A stretch of DNA of 64,000 bases, from positions 54,374,001 through 54,438,000 of the forward strand of contig NC_086097.1 in assembly GCF_963921235.1 (NCBI RefSeq). The letters run 5' to 3'. The translations under genes were made by a program, and so were the position numbers. The notes beneath the pieces were generated by a model. That model saw only the letters and a program-made list of their open reading frames with translations. It searched no databases and was not told where the DNA came from. Shown here one piece after another: positions 1-13,042 of this stretch; position 1 is the first letter of the stretch, and the number at the start of each line of letters is the position of its first letter. This DNA is from Mobula hypostoma. Lineage: Eukaryota.

Positions 1-1327
1 TGACACACCAAATCATCACCGGTGGAGACATTTGATCTTAGAAGTCATATAATGAGTTAATTGGAGATCACTTATGTGCAAAGTGTTTCAATTGATTGAG
101 GTAAAAATACACCTGAAATCTGGACCGTCCAACTGTCAGTATTTGGGCAAAAACTACATCATGATGACAAAAGAACACTCCAAGCAACTCCACGAAAAAG
201 TTAGTGAAAAGCACAATTCAAGGGATGGATACAAGAAAATTTCCAAGTCACTGAATATCCCTTGGAGTACAGTAAAGTTAATCACCAAGAAATGGAAAGA
301 ATATGGCACAGCTGTAAATCTGCCTAGAGCAGGCCATCCTCACTGAGTAACCCGTGCAAGAAGGGGATTAGTGACCTATGGCAACTCTGGAGGAGATACA
401 AGCTTCAGTGACCAAGTTGGTAGAGACAGCGCATACCACAACTGTTGCCCAGGTGCTTCACCAGTCACAGCTTTATGGGATAGTGGCAAACAGAAAGCCA
501 CTGTTGAAAGAAACTCACATGACATCTCGGCTAGAGTTTGCCAGAAGGCATGTGGGAGACTCTGATGTCTGCTGAAAGAAGGTTCTATGGTCTGATGAAA
601 CAAAAATTCAGCCTTTTAGCCTTCAGTCTAAACGCCATGCCAAACATCGTACATCATCATAAACACACCATTCCTACAGTGAAGCATGGTGGTGGATGCA
701 TCATGCTTCACTGCAGCAAGCCCTGGAAGGCTTGTGAAGGTAGAGGGTAAAATGAATGCAACAAAACCAAGGAAATCCTGATGCACTCTGCAAGAGAACT
801 GTAACTTGGGAAGAGATTTGTTTTTCAGCAAGACAATGACCCCAAGCATAAAGCCAAAGCTACACAAGAATGGCTTAAAAACAAAGTTAATGTCCTAGAG
901 TGGCCAAGTCAGAGTCCAGACCTCAATCCAATTGAAAATTTGTGGCTGACTTGAAAAGGGCTGTTTACTCACAATCCCCAGTCAATCTGATAGAGCTTGA
1001 GCAGGTGAAAAACTGCAGTGTCCAGATGTGCTAAGCTGATAAGAGACCGATCCACACAGACTCAAGGCTGTAATTGCTGCCAAAGGTGTATATACTAAAT
1101 ATTGACTTGAAAGGAGTGAGTAATTATGCAACGAATTAGTTTCTGTTTAATAATTGTAAAATGTTTAGACGAATTTGTAGGAATTTGTTTTCACTTTGAC
1201 AAGAAAGTTTTTTTTCTGTTGATCAGTGTCAAATTGGCAAATTAAATCCAATAAAATCCAGTAAAACAATAAAACATGAAAATTTCCATAGTGGGGGAGG
1301 GGGGTATTTTTTTTCATATAGGCACTG
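1..1327 (+). mobile_element. Decayed Tc1-like DNA transposon (left end outside window), inside a GMFB intron
   Basis: Frameshifted transposase pieces: [62 protein letters not shown]. Ends in TIR-like ...TATAGGCACTG at 1327. Confidence 0.9.
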
Positions 1328-1565
1328 CATGTTTGTACTTGTTACACTTCCAATAAGCATTACTTCAGAATACAGGAATCTTCAAAAGTATTATTTTGAA
1401 TAGAGTAAAATCAGTACAGCTAGAATAGGTGACTCTTGAAAATACAAGAAAATCACTTCATGGAAGCACTTGAAGGAAAATGAAGCAGAAAAACAAAACT
1501 ACAGTGAATCAAAAAATTGATGTGTTGACAAAGATGAAAGCAAAGTTTGGAAATTGGCCACTTAC

Positions 1566-1648
1566 CGCAAGGACTGAAGAAAATAAAGCAGAGTGGATAG
1601 GAAATCCTTCCATCACTGTGTTTATATCTGTAACTATAAACTACAAAT
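1566..1648 (-). CDS. GMFB: Glia maturation factor beta, coding exon 5 (83 nt)
   Basis: Encodes (R)[27 protein letters not shown](G), matching [29 protein letters not shown]. Preceded by an AC acceptor, followed by a GTAAG donor. Confidence 0.95.
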
Positions 1649-1949
1649 GTACTAAGTTAAGAAAATTACAATTTTAAAAACTGTTCACCTACAAAGGAAG
1701 GAATATATGATATTGAATCATTCTATTTTAAAATAGGCCAACTGGCCTTTGTTACCCTTAGAATCTGTAATTACAAAAACATCTTGTGGAAAGTGGATTT
1801 TACAGAAATACCAAATAACAATCATCAAATTTATCCAAAGAAAAAGATTTGCACATACTTTCTGTTGATTTAGTTCAGCAACTTCTGCATATTAATTCAT
1901 AGAAATTCAAATGACAATACTTAAATATTTCAAATCTTTTAATTTTAGT

Positions 1950-3735
1950 CACCGGTACCAGATGAGGTGTACCCCAGGCTACTGTGGGAGGCGAGGGAGG
2001 AGATTACTGAGCCTCTGGCAATGACCTTTGCACCAGTGGGGACGGGAGAGGTTCCAGAGGATTGGACGGTTGCGGATATTGTTCCATTATTCAAGAAAGG
2101 GAGCAGAGATAGCCCAGGAAATTATAGGCCAGTGAGTCTTACTTCAGTGGCTAGTAAGCTGATGGCAAAGATCCTGGGAGGCAGGATTTATGAATATTTG
2201 GAGAGGCATAATATGATTAGGAATAGTCAGCATGGCTTTGTGAAAGGCAGGTCATGCCTTACGAGCCTGATTGAATTTCTTGAGAATGTGACTAAACATA
2301 TTGATGAAGGTAGAGCAGCAGGTGTAGTCTATATAGATTTCAGCAAAGCATTTGACAAGGTACCTCGTGCAAAGCTTATTGAGAAAGTAAGGGGCATGGG
2401 ATCCAAGGGGACATTGCTTTGTGGATCCAGAACTGGTTTGCCCACAGAAGGCAAAAAGTGGTTGTAGACGGGTCATATTCTGCATGGAAGTTGGTGACCA
2501 GTGGTGTGCCTCAGAGATCTGTACGGGGACCCCTACTCTTTGTGATTTTTATAAATGACCTGGATGAAGAAGTGAAGGGATGGGTTAGTAAATTTGCTGA
2601 TGACACAAAGATTGGAGGTGCTGTGGATAGTGTGGAGGGCTGTCAGAGGTTACAGCGGGACATTGATAGGATGCAAAACTGGGCTGAGAAGTGGCAGATG
2701 GAGTTCAACCCAGATAACTGAGGTGGTGCATTTTGGTAGGTCAAATATGATGACAGCATAGAGTACTAATGGTAAGACTCTTGGCAGTGTGGAGGATCAG
2801 AGGGATCTTGGGGTCCGAGTCCATAGGACACCCAAAGCTGCTACGCAGGTTGACTCTGTGGTTAGGAAAGCGTATGGTGCATTGGCCTTCATCAATCGTG
2901 GGATTGAGTTTAGGAGCTCAGAGGTAATGTTGCAACTATATAAGACCCTGGTCAGACCCCACTTGCAGTACTGTGCTCAGTTCTGGTCGCCTCACTACAG
3001 GAAGGATGTGGAAACCATAGAAAGGGTGCAGAGGAGATTTACAAGGATGTTGCCTGGATTGGGGAGCATGCCTGATGAGAATAGGTTGAGTGAGCTCAGC
3101 CTTTTTTCCTTGGAGCAACAGAGGATGAGAGGTGACCTGATAGAGGTATGTAAGATGATGAGAGGCATTGATTGTGTGGATAGTCAGAGGCGTTTTCCCA
3201 GGGCTGAAATGGATAGCAAGAGAGGGCACAGTTTTAAGCTGCATGGAAGCAGGTACAGAGGAGATATCAGGGGCACAAGCAACACACACAAAATGCTGGT
3301 GAACGCAGCAGGCCAGGCAGCATCTATAGGAAGAGGTACAGTTGACGTTTCGGGCCGAGATCCTTCCTCAGGACTAACTGAAAGAAGAGATAGTAAAAGA
3401 TTTGAAAGTGGGAGGGGGAGGGGGAGATCCGAAATGATAGAAGACAGGAGGGGGAGGGATGGAGCTAAGAGCTGGAAAGTTGATTTTCCTCGTGTTTGAG
3501 ATATCAGGGGTAAGTTTTTTTACGCAGAGAGTGGTGAGTGCGTGGAATGGGCTGCCGGCGACGGTGGCGGAGGCGGATATGATAGGATCTTTTCAAGAGA
3601 CTCCTGGACAGGTACATGGAGCTCAGAAAAATAGAGGGCGATGGGTAACCCTAGGTAATTTCTCAGGTAAGGACATGTTCAGCAGAGCTTTGTGGGGCTA
3701 AGGGCCTGTATTGTGCTGTAGGTTTTCTATGTTTC
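1950..3735 (+). mobile_element. 5'-truncated CR1 LINE (RT domain and 3' end), interrupted by a Penelope-derived insert
   Basis: PGNYRPVSLTS, QHGFVKGRSCLT, DFSKAFDKV, GVPQ, KFADDTK, LVRPHLQYCAQFWSP. CR1-type 3' tail ...TTTCTATGTTTC. Confidence 0.93.
3274..3497 (-). mobile_element. Penelope-derived terminal-repeat fragment with hammerhead motif, inserted in CR1
   Basis: Exact 13-bp target duplication GAGATATCAGGGG (3261-3273, 3498-3510). Minus-strand AGTC-CTGAGGA...GAAACGTC at 3375-3340. Confidence 0.8.
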
Positions 3736-5297
3736 ATCTAAATACACTATTATATTTATCCAGTACATCTAATTGTCAATTTTATTTTTAGCCCAATATA
3801 TATCTAAAGTAAAATATCGATTAAATAATTCTTAAATTTGGCCCATACAAGCCTAGCCAGTCTTGGATAGTAATCAGGAGCAAGTCCCCGAATGGACTTC
3901 GTCAGATTGCCCTCAGTGCCACTCAGCAAACAAGATGGATGGAACTAGGGACCATTTCTTTTCAGTCATCTCTAAAATTCATCTTTAAAGCAAAGTGTTG
4001 CAAAAATTCCTTTGAATTTAATGACTTAAATCTTCTATGGCATTTAGTTAAATAATCTTTATAGAGGCTCTCTCCAACTCCCACAAGATCAACGTTTAAT
4101 TAGACATTCAAAAGACTTGTTATTATAGTTCTTTAAGTGTACTCTCTCAATTGCTTATTCACGTAGTGCACCTGTATACATATTCTTCAAGACATCAAAT
4201 TCAATCCTTGGAAAATGCTGAATTTATCATCCTCAGACAATACCCTTAAGAGTGAAAATCATTTTAGGCTGGTGTCTTGAAATTTCCGGTTTGGAAAGGG
4301 AATATCTGGCTCAAGCAAAAGTAATCAGTCCCCTGCAACAGCACTGTAGGATAAATGAAAGCTTAGAATCTTGCACCTTTCACCTGTATATAGTGCATCT
4401 TTGGGTTCTGTGTTACCACCAGACCTAACTTCTTCCATAAGAACCAAGTATATGAAACCAGTTCTGAAAAATGCACAGATGGCAGAATTATGTTTATCCA
4501 GTTATACTAAGAATCCAATGAAAACTTTAATCCAATTTTGCTGCATGATATGACTCAGTTTCCCTTGGATTTTGTGATACTGACACAGTTTAAAACAAAC
4601 TTACAAAATTACAAAATAAATCATCCATATTGACATGGTAACAAATATCAGCAAACACTTTCTTTTCTTAGAGAAATCTCAGCTTCAAATCTAAATTTCT
4701 TAGTGTGCCAAGTTATCATTTTTAAATTCCAACTGTTCTATGCATTGACGTAGAAAAAGTGTTCTGGATATGACTTCTCACAAAACCAAAAGAAAAAGCA
4801 ACATTCATGGGAATTAACATAGAAAATTCTACAAATAGTTGCTAGGTCAGGTAATATCTGTCGAGAGAGTAACAGAGTTAACATCTCAGATCAATGTTCT
4901 TCCATCAGAACAGTGAAATTTGAATTGCAGAGAAAGTGACAGAGAGAACAAAAGGATGCAGACCCCAGCAGGTTTTGAATTACATCAGTGGTAATGCTGA
5001 GAGGGTGGGGAAAGTACATCTGGACGGGGAAGAGGGCAGATGTAAATATGTATTCTATGATGGTTTTAGAAGTCTAACGTAAGGGAAAATACCATCCATC
5101 TCCTGGTTGGGAGGCTAGGTGGTGAGTGTAGAGTGAGGGAAATGAAGTAAGTGCTGTTGAGAGCCTGTCAACTACAGCAGTGGGGTGAAAGAAAAAAAAA
5201 ATCACAAGGAAAAAGTCTATCCAGAAGCACTGCTGTGAAAAGTGGAACAAAGTTTAAAGCACAAAACCTCATCATTAAAACTGACATGTTCTAGCTT

Positions 5298-5392
5298 CAC
5301 ACATAAAAGTTGCTGGTGAACACAGCAGGCCAGGCAGCATCTCTAGGAAGAGGTACAATTGACGTTTCCGGCCAAGACCCTTCGTCAGGGCC
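5298..5392 (-). mobile_element. Short Penelope-derived repeat with hammerhead core
   Basis: Same family sequence; minus-strand CTGACGA-AGGGTCTTGGCCG-GAAACGTC. Confidence 0.75.
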
Positions 5393-5602
5393 CTGAATCA
5401 CTGAATTCAACAATTTCAGAAAATCTTGTCTTTCACATTTCCAACATTCAGTCCCCTTTCTGATATTCTGGATTACACTTGCATTCCTCCAGACACGTTT
5501 CTCAGTACCACCACTAGTCTCTCCCATATGCTGCCCAAACTGTTCAGCTTTTGCAACATTTCCTTTGTTTGTTTCCAATTTCCAGCATATACAAAAGGAT
5601 AT

Positions 5603-5652
5603 CTAGGTTGATGTTCAGGGAGTTCATTCCGGAGTTCTTCTGGGGAAACATC
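5603..5652 (-). CDS. GMFB: GMFB coding exon 4 (50 nt)
   Basis: Encodes DVSPEELRNELPEHQP(R), cf. GMF GISPDELKDELPERQPR. TTTAG acceptor. Confidence 0.95.
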
Positions 5653-6000
5653 CTAAAGTAATACACAATATTTAAGTTAAATAATACCCCAAACCTGCGA
5701 TGTTATTCCACTGCAACATTGATTCAACTCAGACTCTTATATGCACATAATTTAAAATTTTCCCTCTTCTTGATTAATGATAGATATGTTCAGACCCTGA
5801 TTCAGCCTTGGTCACAGTACCCATCTTCCTTTCATTTTCTTTAATCAGATAAATTCAGAAAAACCACATTCTGCATGAATAAAAATAATCAACAGGCAGC
5901 ACACAAGTGGATCTTTCTTGTTCCCACCTCTTGTCCCCCATTATGTTTGAAGTTTAAATTTAAACCAATACAGATTGGGAAATTTTGAAAGGACACTAAC

Positions 6001-6050
6001 CTCATACTCTTCATCCAGTATCACCATATGTTGTTCCTGATCAATCTTCA
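6001..6050 (-). CDS. GMFB: GMFB coding exon 3 (50 nt)
   Basis: Encodes (M)KIDQEQHMVILDEEYE. TTACAG acceptor, GTTAGT donor. Confidence 0.95.
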
Positions 6051-6844
6051 CTGTAACAAGAAGCATCAAGTTAGAAGTTTTTTCTCTGAAAGTCAACGTT
6101 CACCACAAAAGCAATGCAAACGTAAGCTACTGCTCCATTAAGTTTACAGATAACTGCTTCTTCAGTTACAAAAGGTAATATTTGTTTAATTAACAGCTGA
6201 GTTACTTGTGATTAAAACCTGATGGTGGTGATTGTGAGACGTTCTGTTTTCAAAGAATGAATGTCACTCCCCAACTCCCCTGCAAGGCATAGGGTGACCA
6301 GGATCTTCTGACTACGCAGGCAGCTGAAGGCTCTCCTGGAGCCTACTGGAGTCTGAGAAAGCTTGCAGCTAAATTATTACCAGGACCCAGGGAGTGAGGA
6401 ATAACTAGTAATTGGGGAGCAGCCCTACAGTGGCAAGTGGTGACCTCATTCTGAGGCCTTGCAGATGAAGAGTGGGAAGAGTGGGAAGAGTGGAAACAGA
6501 TGTCTGCCAAAGGAAAGGAATGGAACTGAGGGTGTATTTGTGGATGCATCTAGGGATGCATGTGCTTGCCCAACGTTTCCTACCCCACATCCATCCATGT
6601 CTGCCCAGTGCACCTGAAGCCTATGTTGTGCATTCATACCTAGAGCATGGTAAAGCCTGTGTTTGTGTCCACAAAATGTATGTGAGGCAAGTCCATGCAG
6701 AAGAACCTGCATTCTAATTGTTCTGGACCTCACAGGCATTGAGACAAGGCCTCACTTGTATGGTAGCTTGCAATAAGCACCCCAGGTCCAAAGAAACTCA
6801 GCATGCTATTGCACAACATCTCCTATTACCTAGAGCTAGAACAC

Positions 6845-7177
6845 ATTCTTTTTCTCTCTCTTTTTCTCCCTCTGTCCCTCTCACTATACCCCTTGCCCAT
6901 CCTCTGGGCTTCCCCCCCTCCCCCTTTTCTTTCTCCCTAGGCCTCCTGTCCCATGATCCTCTCATATCCCTTTTGCTAATCAACTGTCCAGCTCTTGGCT
7001 CCATCCCTCCCCCTCCTGTCTTCTCCTATCATTTCGGATCTCCTCCTCCCCCTCCCACTTTCAAATCTCTTACTAGCTCTTCTTTCAGTTAGTCCTGACG
7101 AAGGTTCTCGGCCCGAAACGTCGACTGTACCTCTTCCTAGAGATGCTAGCATTCACCAGCAACTTTTATGTGTGTTA
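6845..7177 (+). mobile_element. Penelope-derived 3' fragment (pyrimidine-rich tract plus hammerhead-bearing terminal repeat)
   Basis: Same family as 3274-3497, opposite orientation. Confidence 0.75.
7091..7126 (+). ncRNA. Minimal type I hammerhead ribozyme motif (best-preserved copy)
   Basis: AGTC/GACT stem I, core CTGACGA, stem II hairpin with one mismatch, GAAA, palindromic ACGT stem III, GTC triplet (predicted cleavage after 7122). Confidence 0.7.
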
Positions 7178-8169
7178 CTAGAATACAAAGTCATTCTTGA
7201 CACGGACTGAAGATACATACAAACTATCCATAATAGTGCACAAGTGTGGTAACTAACTTTTCCCCAAGTTTACATTTTTCAAACAATAGGGTCCTTGTCT
7301 GATTTGAGTTCTGAAAATGTTCATTGCAGGGCCAGATTTCCATTTTATGTTTTATGAGTTTTATTCCGCTCTGGGCGTTTTGTGGTACAGAAGTAGAAAC
7401 TTTTGTTATTCTCATTAAGATGCCCTGATGTTTACATGCTGTACTTTGTGATGTTCACCATTCCTGAAGCACGCACAATGGAAAATAACAATTCTCATTT
7501 GAAGAAATATGAAGTAAAGCCCACCAACATTATTCAGGAATATGTTCTGATACAGCACGTCTGCACAACACAGGGACTGCATATCTGAAAGACCATCTCT
7601 TCATTAGATGAAGAATCTGGAGCCAACTCTGAATAACAAACAGCATTGAATGAATTTCCTTTGTACAATACCATCTTTCACCATGCTCACTGTTTAATTG
7701 CCATTTCAGCAGACTGCACGTTAGCCTTGAAATTCAGGATGCTGGACTCACCACAGTCAGCTGATGAAAAAAAACTTAATGATAGGTTCACATCTTTTGA
7801 TTATATATCATTTCATAGCCTGCTACTGAAAATAGTTGAGTACTTCATAATTTTCAGTTGGGTTCGAAGCACCACAGAAAAATTGCAACTCCAATTGCCT
7901 GCTTAAAAAGTTTTGGCAAGGATATATAAAATCCTAAAAACTGTTAAAATCTTAAAAAACATAGAGCTTGCTAAATATTACAGCATTACTTGGGAAGGAG
8001 ACAAAAAAAAAGTAATTACTTCTAGGTATTGGCTTGCAGAATTTCTCCAGTGCTTTCTCATTTTTGTAATAATTGAGGCTTGATGCAAATATAACCACAC
8101 AAGTTGAACTTTGTGCAAGTAACCAAAGGTAAATATAAGAAATTTCACAGGTACTGAAATTCAAAGCTA

Positions 8170-9010
8170 CACACACACAAAATGCTGGAGGAACTCAGCA
8201 GGTCAGGCAGCACGTATAGAGAGGAATAAACAGTCGATTTTTCAGGCCAAGACCTTTCATCCGAATTGGAAAGGGTGGGGGGAGAAAAGCCAGAATAAAA
8301 AGGTCGGGGTAGGGGATGGAATATAAACTGATAGGTAATAAGTGAAACCAGGTGAGGGGAAGGTCGGCAGGTGGGGGTAGGGGAATGAAATGAGAAGCTG
8401 GGAGATAATTGGTGGAAGAGGTAAAGGCCTTAAGGAGGAAGAATATGATAGGAAAGGACAGTGGACCATTGAAGGAGGGGCACCAGAGGGAGGTGATGGG
8501 CAGGTTAAGGAGAAGAGAAGGGGTAACAGGGGAACCAGAATGGGGAATGAAAAAGAGAGAGGGAAGAGGGAAGAGGGGAGAAATTACCAGAAGTTAGAGA
8601 AATCAATGTATATGCCATCAGGTTGGCGGCTACCCAGACGGTATATGAGATGTTGCTCATCCAAACTGACAGTAACAGCTTATCCAACCATTGTGGCAGT
8701 AGGAGAGGCCATAGACCAACATGTTAGAAGATGGAAAGTAGAATTAAAATGGATGTCCCCCAGGAAATAATGCCTTGACGAAGTGATTCCCCCAATTTAC
8801 AGTATATTGGGTCTCTCTCTTGGAGAGAAGGATGCACCGGGATTACCAAACACAGTAGATAATGCCTACAGACTCGCAGGTGAAGTGGCAGCCATCTGAA
8901 GACCTGTATGAAGTCTGAATGGTGTTGAGGGAGGATGTGTGGGGGCAGGTGCAGCACTTGTCCCACTTGCAGGGATAAGTACCAGGAGAGAGATCAGTGG
9001 GGCGGGACGA
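8170..9010 (-). mobile_element. Decayed Penelope-like element 3' part (GIY-YIG endonuclease remnant plus terminal repeat)
   Basis: Minus strand reads GTYPCKWDKCCTCPH...TCESVGIIYC... and EQHLIYRLGSRQPDG, typical of the PLE endonuclease C-terminus, followed by the family terminal repeat. Confidence 0.75.
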
Positions 9011-10109
9011 GTGGACAACGGTGTCGGATCGAGACTTTGAATCAGAAGTACAAAGTTTAAAATAAACTTATTATCAAAGTATGTATATTATTATATACTG
9101 CCTTACGATTCATTTCCTTACACATATTTACATGGGAAAAATGCACTCAAAAATTGCCGATCTGCATGATGGCATGTTCTTGTTCTTGGAGCTTGCCAAT
9201 CAGCCGCGTTTCAGTATATCCAGGTCCGGCCCAAAGTTGGGTGACTTTGGGGCCTGCACAACCCTGTGGGCACAAACACTTGATGGTCTCGTGTAGTGAA
9301 GTGAAGCAGGAGCTGAAACACTGAAGACAGCAGAAGACAGCATGAGTGGCTGTTGGAGGCCTCTGCACTGGGTAACTTGGTGATCCTCTAGTTGGAGAAC
9401 TTGAAATAAAAAGCAACACTTCAGACTGACTGTAGCAGCAAAATAGCAACTATTGTCTCCCTTGTCGCTGTGGGAAGAGCAATTATGTCTCTTAGTTAGA
9501 AAGAGTGCTTGTGGGAAGTTGAAATGTTGGAGAAAAGTTAGTTTTTGATGTACTGTAGATCATGGTCACTCTGAGGGCTGGCCTACTGGGTGGTGGGAAT
9601 GCTGATGCTTTATGCTAGAGTAAGTGTTGGGGGGGGAGGGTTGATACTGTTTGTGCTTAGGAGGGGGCTGGGGGCTTTGGGGTTCTGGCAATCTTTTTGC
9701 TGTCATTCATTCTTTGGGTTTTTTTCTGTTTCAAGGATGTCTGTGGAGAGTAAGAATTTCAGGTTGTATATTGTATACGTTCCCTGATATAAATGAAACT
9801 ATTGAGAATTTTACAAAAACTATACATAACTGACAAGGACTGACTGCAAAAGACAAACTGCAAATAAAAATAAGACTGAGAATATGCATTATAAAGAGTG
9901 CTTGAAAGTGAATCTGTAGGTTGTTGAAACAATTCAGAGTGCTGGTGAATGAAACTGAGGGAGTTAAGTGATGTTGAATGAGGGGGTTTTGTTGTGACAC
10001 AGCTAACCAGATTTTCAATCTACCTCCTATGTGCTAATTCTTCACCACCTTTGATTCAGCCAAGAACCTATATAAGGCACTTAATCACAAAATCGTAAGT
10101 ATAACTTAA

Positions 10110-11700
10110 GTAGAGCAGGGGGTTAAGCACAGAGGCGTGTGGTGCACCTGTGCTCATGCAGACTGTGGAGAAGTGGTTGTGAATCTATACTGAGTGGGGT
10201 CTGCCATCAGAAATTGAGGATCCAGTTCACAGGGAGGTACCGAGGCCCAGATCTTGCAGCCCAGTGATGAATTGATGGGACGACAGTGTTTAATACAGAA
10301 CTGTAGTTAACGAAGAGTGTCATGGCTTATGCATCTTCATTTTCCAGGTATTCCAGAGCTGAGTGAAGAGCCAATGAATGGCATGTGCTGTTGACCTGTT
10401 GAGGCAGTAGACTAATTGGCGTGGATATAGGTCACTCCTCAGGCAGCAGCTGATATGCTTCATGACCAACCACTCGAAGTTCTTCATGATAATGGATGTC
10501 ATTGAGGCCGGTTAACATGCTTTTCATGGGCACTAGTATGATTGCTGTCTGCTTAAAGCAAGTGGATGCCTCAGACTGGTAAAGCAAGAGGCTGAAGAAG
10601 CCTGTAAACTATTCCAGCCAGTTGATTTGAACAGTCTTCGGTATTCAGCCAGGTATGATGTTAGGGCCAAACGCTTTCTGTGGTTTCACCCTCCTGAAGT
10701 ATGTTCTCATGATGGCCTCAAGTCACTGAGATCATTGGACACTTCAGGGCTATAGGGGTTTGTGGAGGTCCCACCACGTTCTGTTGGTCAACGCATAAAA
10801 GGCATTGAGCTCATCTGAGAGGGGCAGTTGTCCAGCACCACTCCGTTATTCCTGTTTAGTCTGGGATTGTCATTTTGTATGTGAGATCACCTTTGAGAAG
10901 TCATACCTGAACTTCTTGTACTTTCCTCGATCACCAGTCGTAATCGCCACCAATCTAGCCCTCAGCAGACTGCGAATCTCTTGGTTCATCCAGGGCTTCT
11001 GGTTGAGGAAGACTGATGATTTTGTAGGGATAAACTCATCCACATGTGTCTTTATAAAATCTGTGATATATGCAGCACATTCACTCAGGTTCTCTGATGA
11101 GTCTCTGAACATGGCCCAGTCCAGCAACTCAAAGCCGTCCTATAACTGCTTCTCCGCGTCCCGTGACCACTTCCTTGATGTCCTTACCTCTAGTGCCTAG
11201 CTCTTTAGTCCCTTCCTACATGCAGGTTGGAAGAGGATAGTGAGATTGTCTTGATTTCCCCAAATGTGGTCACAGAATGGAATAGTAGCCATTCTTGATG
11301 GACGTGTAGCATTGGCTGCGTGTGTTTGGGTCCTCTGGTACGGCAAGTGATATTCTGGTAGTAGCTCAGCAAGTTGGGCTGACCGAACATCTACGAAGAG
11401 TGTAAAAGGTGCCAGGGTAAGCAGCTTCTTGTTGGTTAATAACAGCAACGAATACATCGAATGCTGGCTTGATATCTGCCTTTGGTGGGTATACAAACTT
11501 TGGTGGGTGTCAGAATCATGGCCGAGAATTTTCTAAGTAAATGGTCAGCACTTAACCACTAGATGTTCCAAATCAGGAAAACAAGAGTAGACATTACTGC
11601 CACGCCTTAGCACCACAATGAGAATATTATGAAGCTACGCCACCAGCTCTGCCCTTTCCTGATACCGCCGTTCGGTAAATTGACAACCCCTCAGGCCGGA
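10110..11700 (-). mobile_element. Decayed Rex1/Babar-type non-LTR retrotransposon fragment
   Basis: DWAMFRDS...NQKPWMNQEIRSLLRAR and TSIIMKNFEWLV...NRST, resembling the Rex1 endonuclease-RT region. Confidence 0.75.
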
Positions 11701-11865
11701 GCCAAGTTGTGAACAAGGAAAGAGATTTTAAAGGGCACACCTTGATGACTAAGTAATTAAATTAGAAAATGTCCTAAAGGGCAGAATTAAAGAACAACAA
11801 TCTCAAAATTTGGGTGCAAGAATGGAGAATAAAGAGCTCACGGGACTTAAAAACAACAGAGGAGG

Positions 11866-12055
11866 GAAATTCAAGCAACACACATAAAAGTTGTTGGTGA
11901 ATGCAGCAGGCCAGGCAGCATCTCTAGGAAGAGGTGCAGTCGATGTTTCAGGCCGAGACCCTTCGTCGGGACTAACTGAAGGAAGAGTGAGTAAGGGATT
12001 TGAAAGTTGGAGGGGGAGGGGGAGATCCAAAATGATGAGAAAACAGGAGGGGGAT
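11866..12055 (-). mobile_element. Penelope-derived terminal repeat with mutated hammerhead
   Basis: Minus-strand AGTC-CCGACGA-AGGGTCTCGGCCT-GAAACATC-GACT at 11973-11938. Confidence 0.75.
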
Positions 12056-12272
12056 CTAAACTTCTTCGGTGGAGATACTGAAGTGAACAAGCAGCAATGG
12101 GCCCATGGATGACTTGCGGAAAATGAACCCCGATACTTAATACAAAACTTGATTCTCAATAGTGGGAGCAACAGAACGTTTATTTTAAGGCATGTTAAAA
12201 AGATTATTTATTTAATCTGATTTTATATCAAAGTACATTATATGCAAAATTAGGAACAACATTGGTCTAATC

Positions 12273-12463
12273 CAGGATTTGGCAACCTTTTTGCCTCTGT
12301 GGGCCGGATCGTGTTTTAATGAGCGGACGGTGGGCCAGATAAATGCCTTAAAAAAGCTTGAAATATGGGAATTATCCATTTAAATACATCTAAATATGTT
12401 TTGCCTCAAATTAATGAATGATGCATGCTAGAAAATCATTTGTGCTTAAGGTTGCCTACCCGG
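12273..12463. mobile_element. hAT (Charlie-like) MITE
   Basis: Imperfect TIRs CAGGATTTGGCAACC / GGTTGCCTACCCGG. Exact 8-bp TSD GTCTAATC at 12265-12272 and 12464-12471. Confidence 0.8.
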
Positions 12464-13042
12464 GTCTAATCCACTCCATGAACAAATCCAAAGACCTATG
12501 GTATCTAATTTTGGAGATCAGTCCGGAAAGTTTAGAGAAACAGGAGGCTTATTTTCCCAGAAAATAAAATTTGAAGGCTGGAATCCCAGAGATATTATAG
12601 AATTATGTATTGATTTTTCTAACTGCTATGCATTGTTTTGGAACATCTGTTTCACATAGATTGCCAAACTCGGTAACTTAATTTTCTCCAGTTCTTCAAC
12701 ATACCGTAACACCGACTGTTCTTCAATCATCCTGATTTTAATTACACGCGTGCCCTTTATCAATTCTAATCAAAACATCATACTCCCCTACTCTCTCTTA
12801 ATCCGCTCCAGTCCATTTTCCCTTGTCAGACTTCATACACATTGCATTTAAAAGGATCCTGTCCTTCATTCACACTTTCTCTTCTAGTCAAATGATAAAT
12901 TCTGCGCATTAAAAATTAAAATGTCGCCCCTTCAGTTTTTGTAAGCATTTTTAATGTTGTATGAAAGTGGACTAGGGCGTGGCAGGGTGGAATCGTTAAT
13001 CCGAAACTGTGATACGGAACAAGCGTAATGTGTTTCACTCAC

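Larger units (their letters stand above)
1649..5602 (-). other. GMFB: U12-type AT-AC intron of GMFB (intron 4)
   Basis: Minus-strand 5' splice site ATATCCTTTT (5602-5593), branch site TTTCTTAAC (1664-1656), terminal AC (1650-1649). Splicing gives in-frame AG|A = Arg. Confidence 0.92.

Noticed and set aside
1-1565. GMFB exons 6-7
   Set aside because: No CKPEQQMMYAGSK-like coding sequence seen; they must lie outside the window.
2789-3499. Longest ORF (236 aa) as a novel gene
   Set aside because: Chimera of CR1 RT C-terminus reading through into the antisense Penelope insert.
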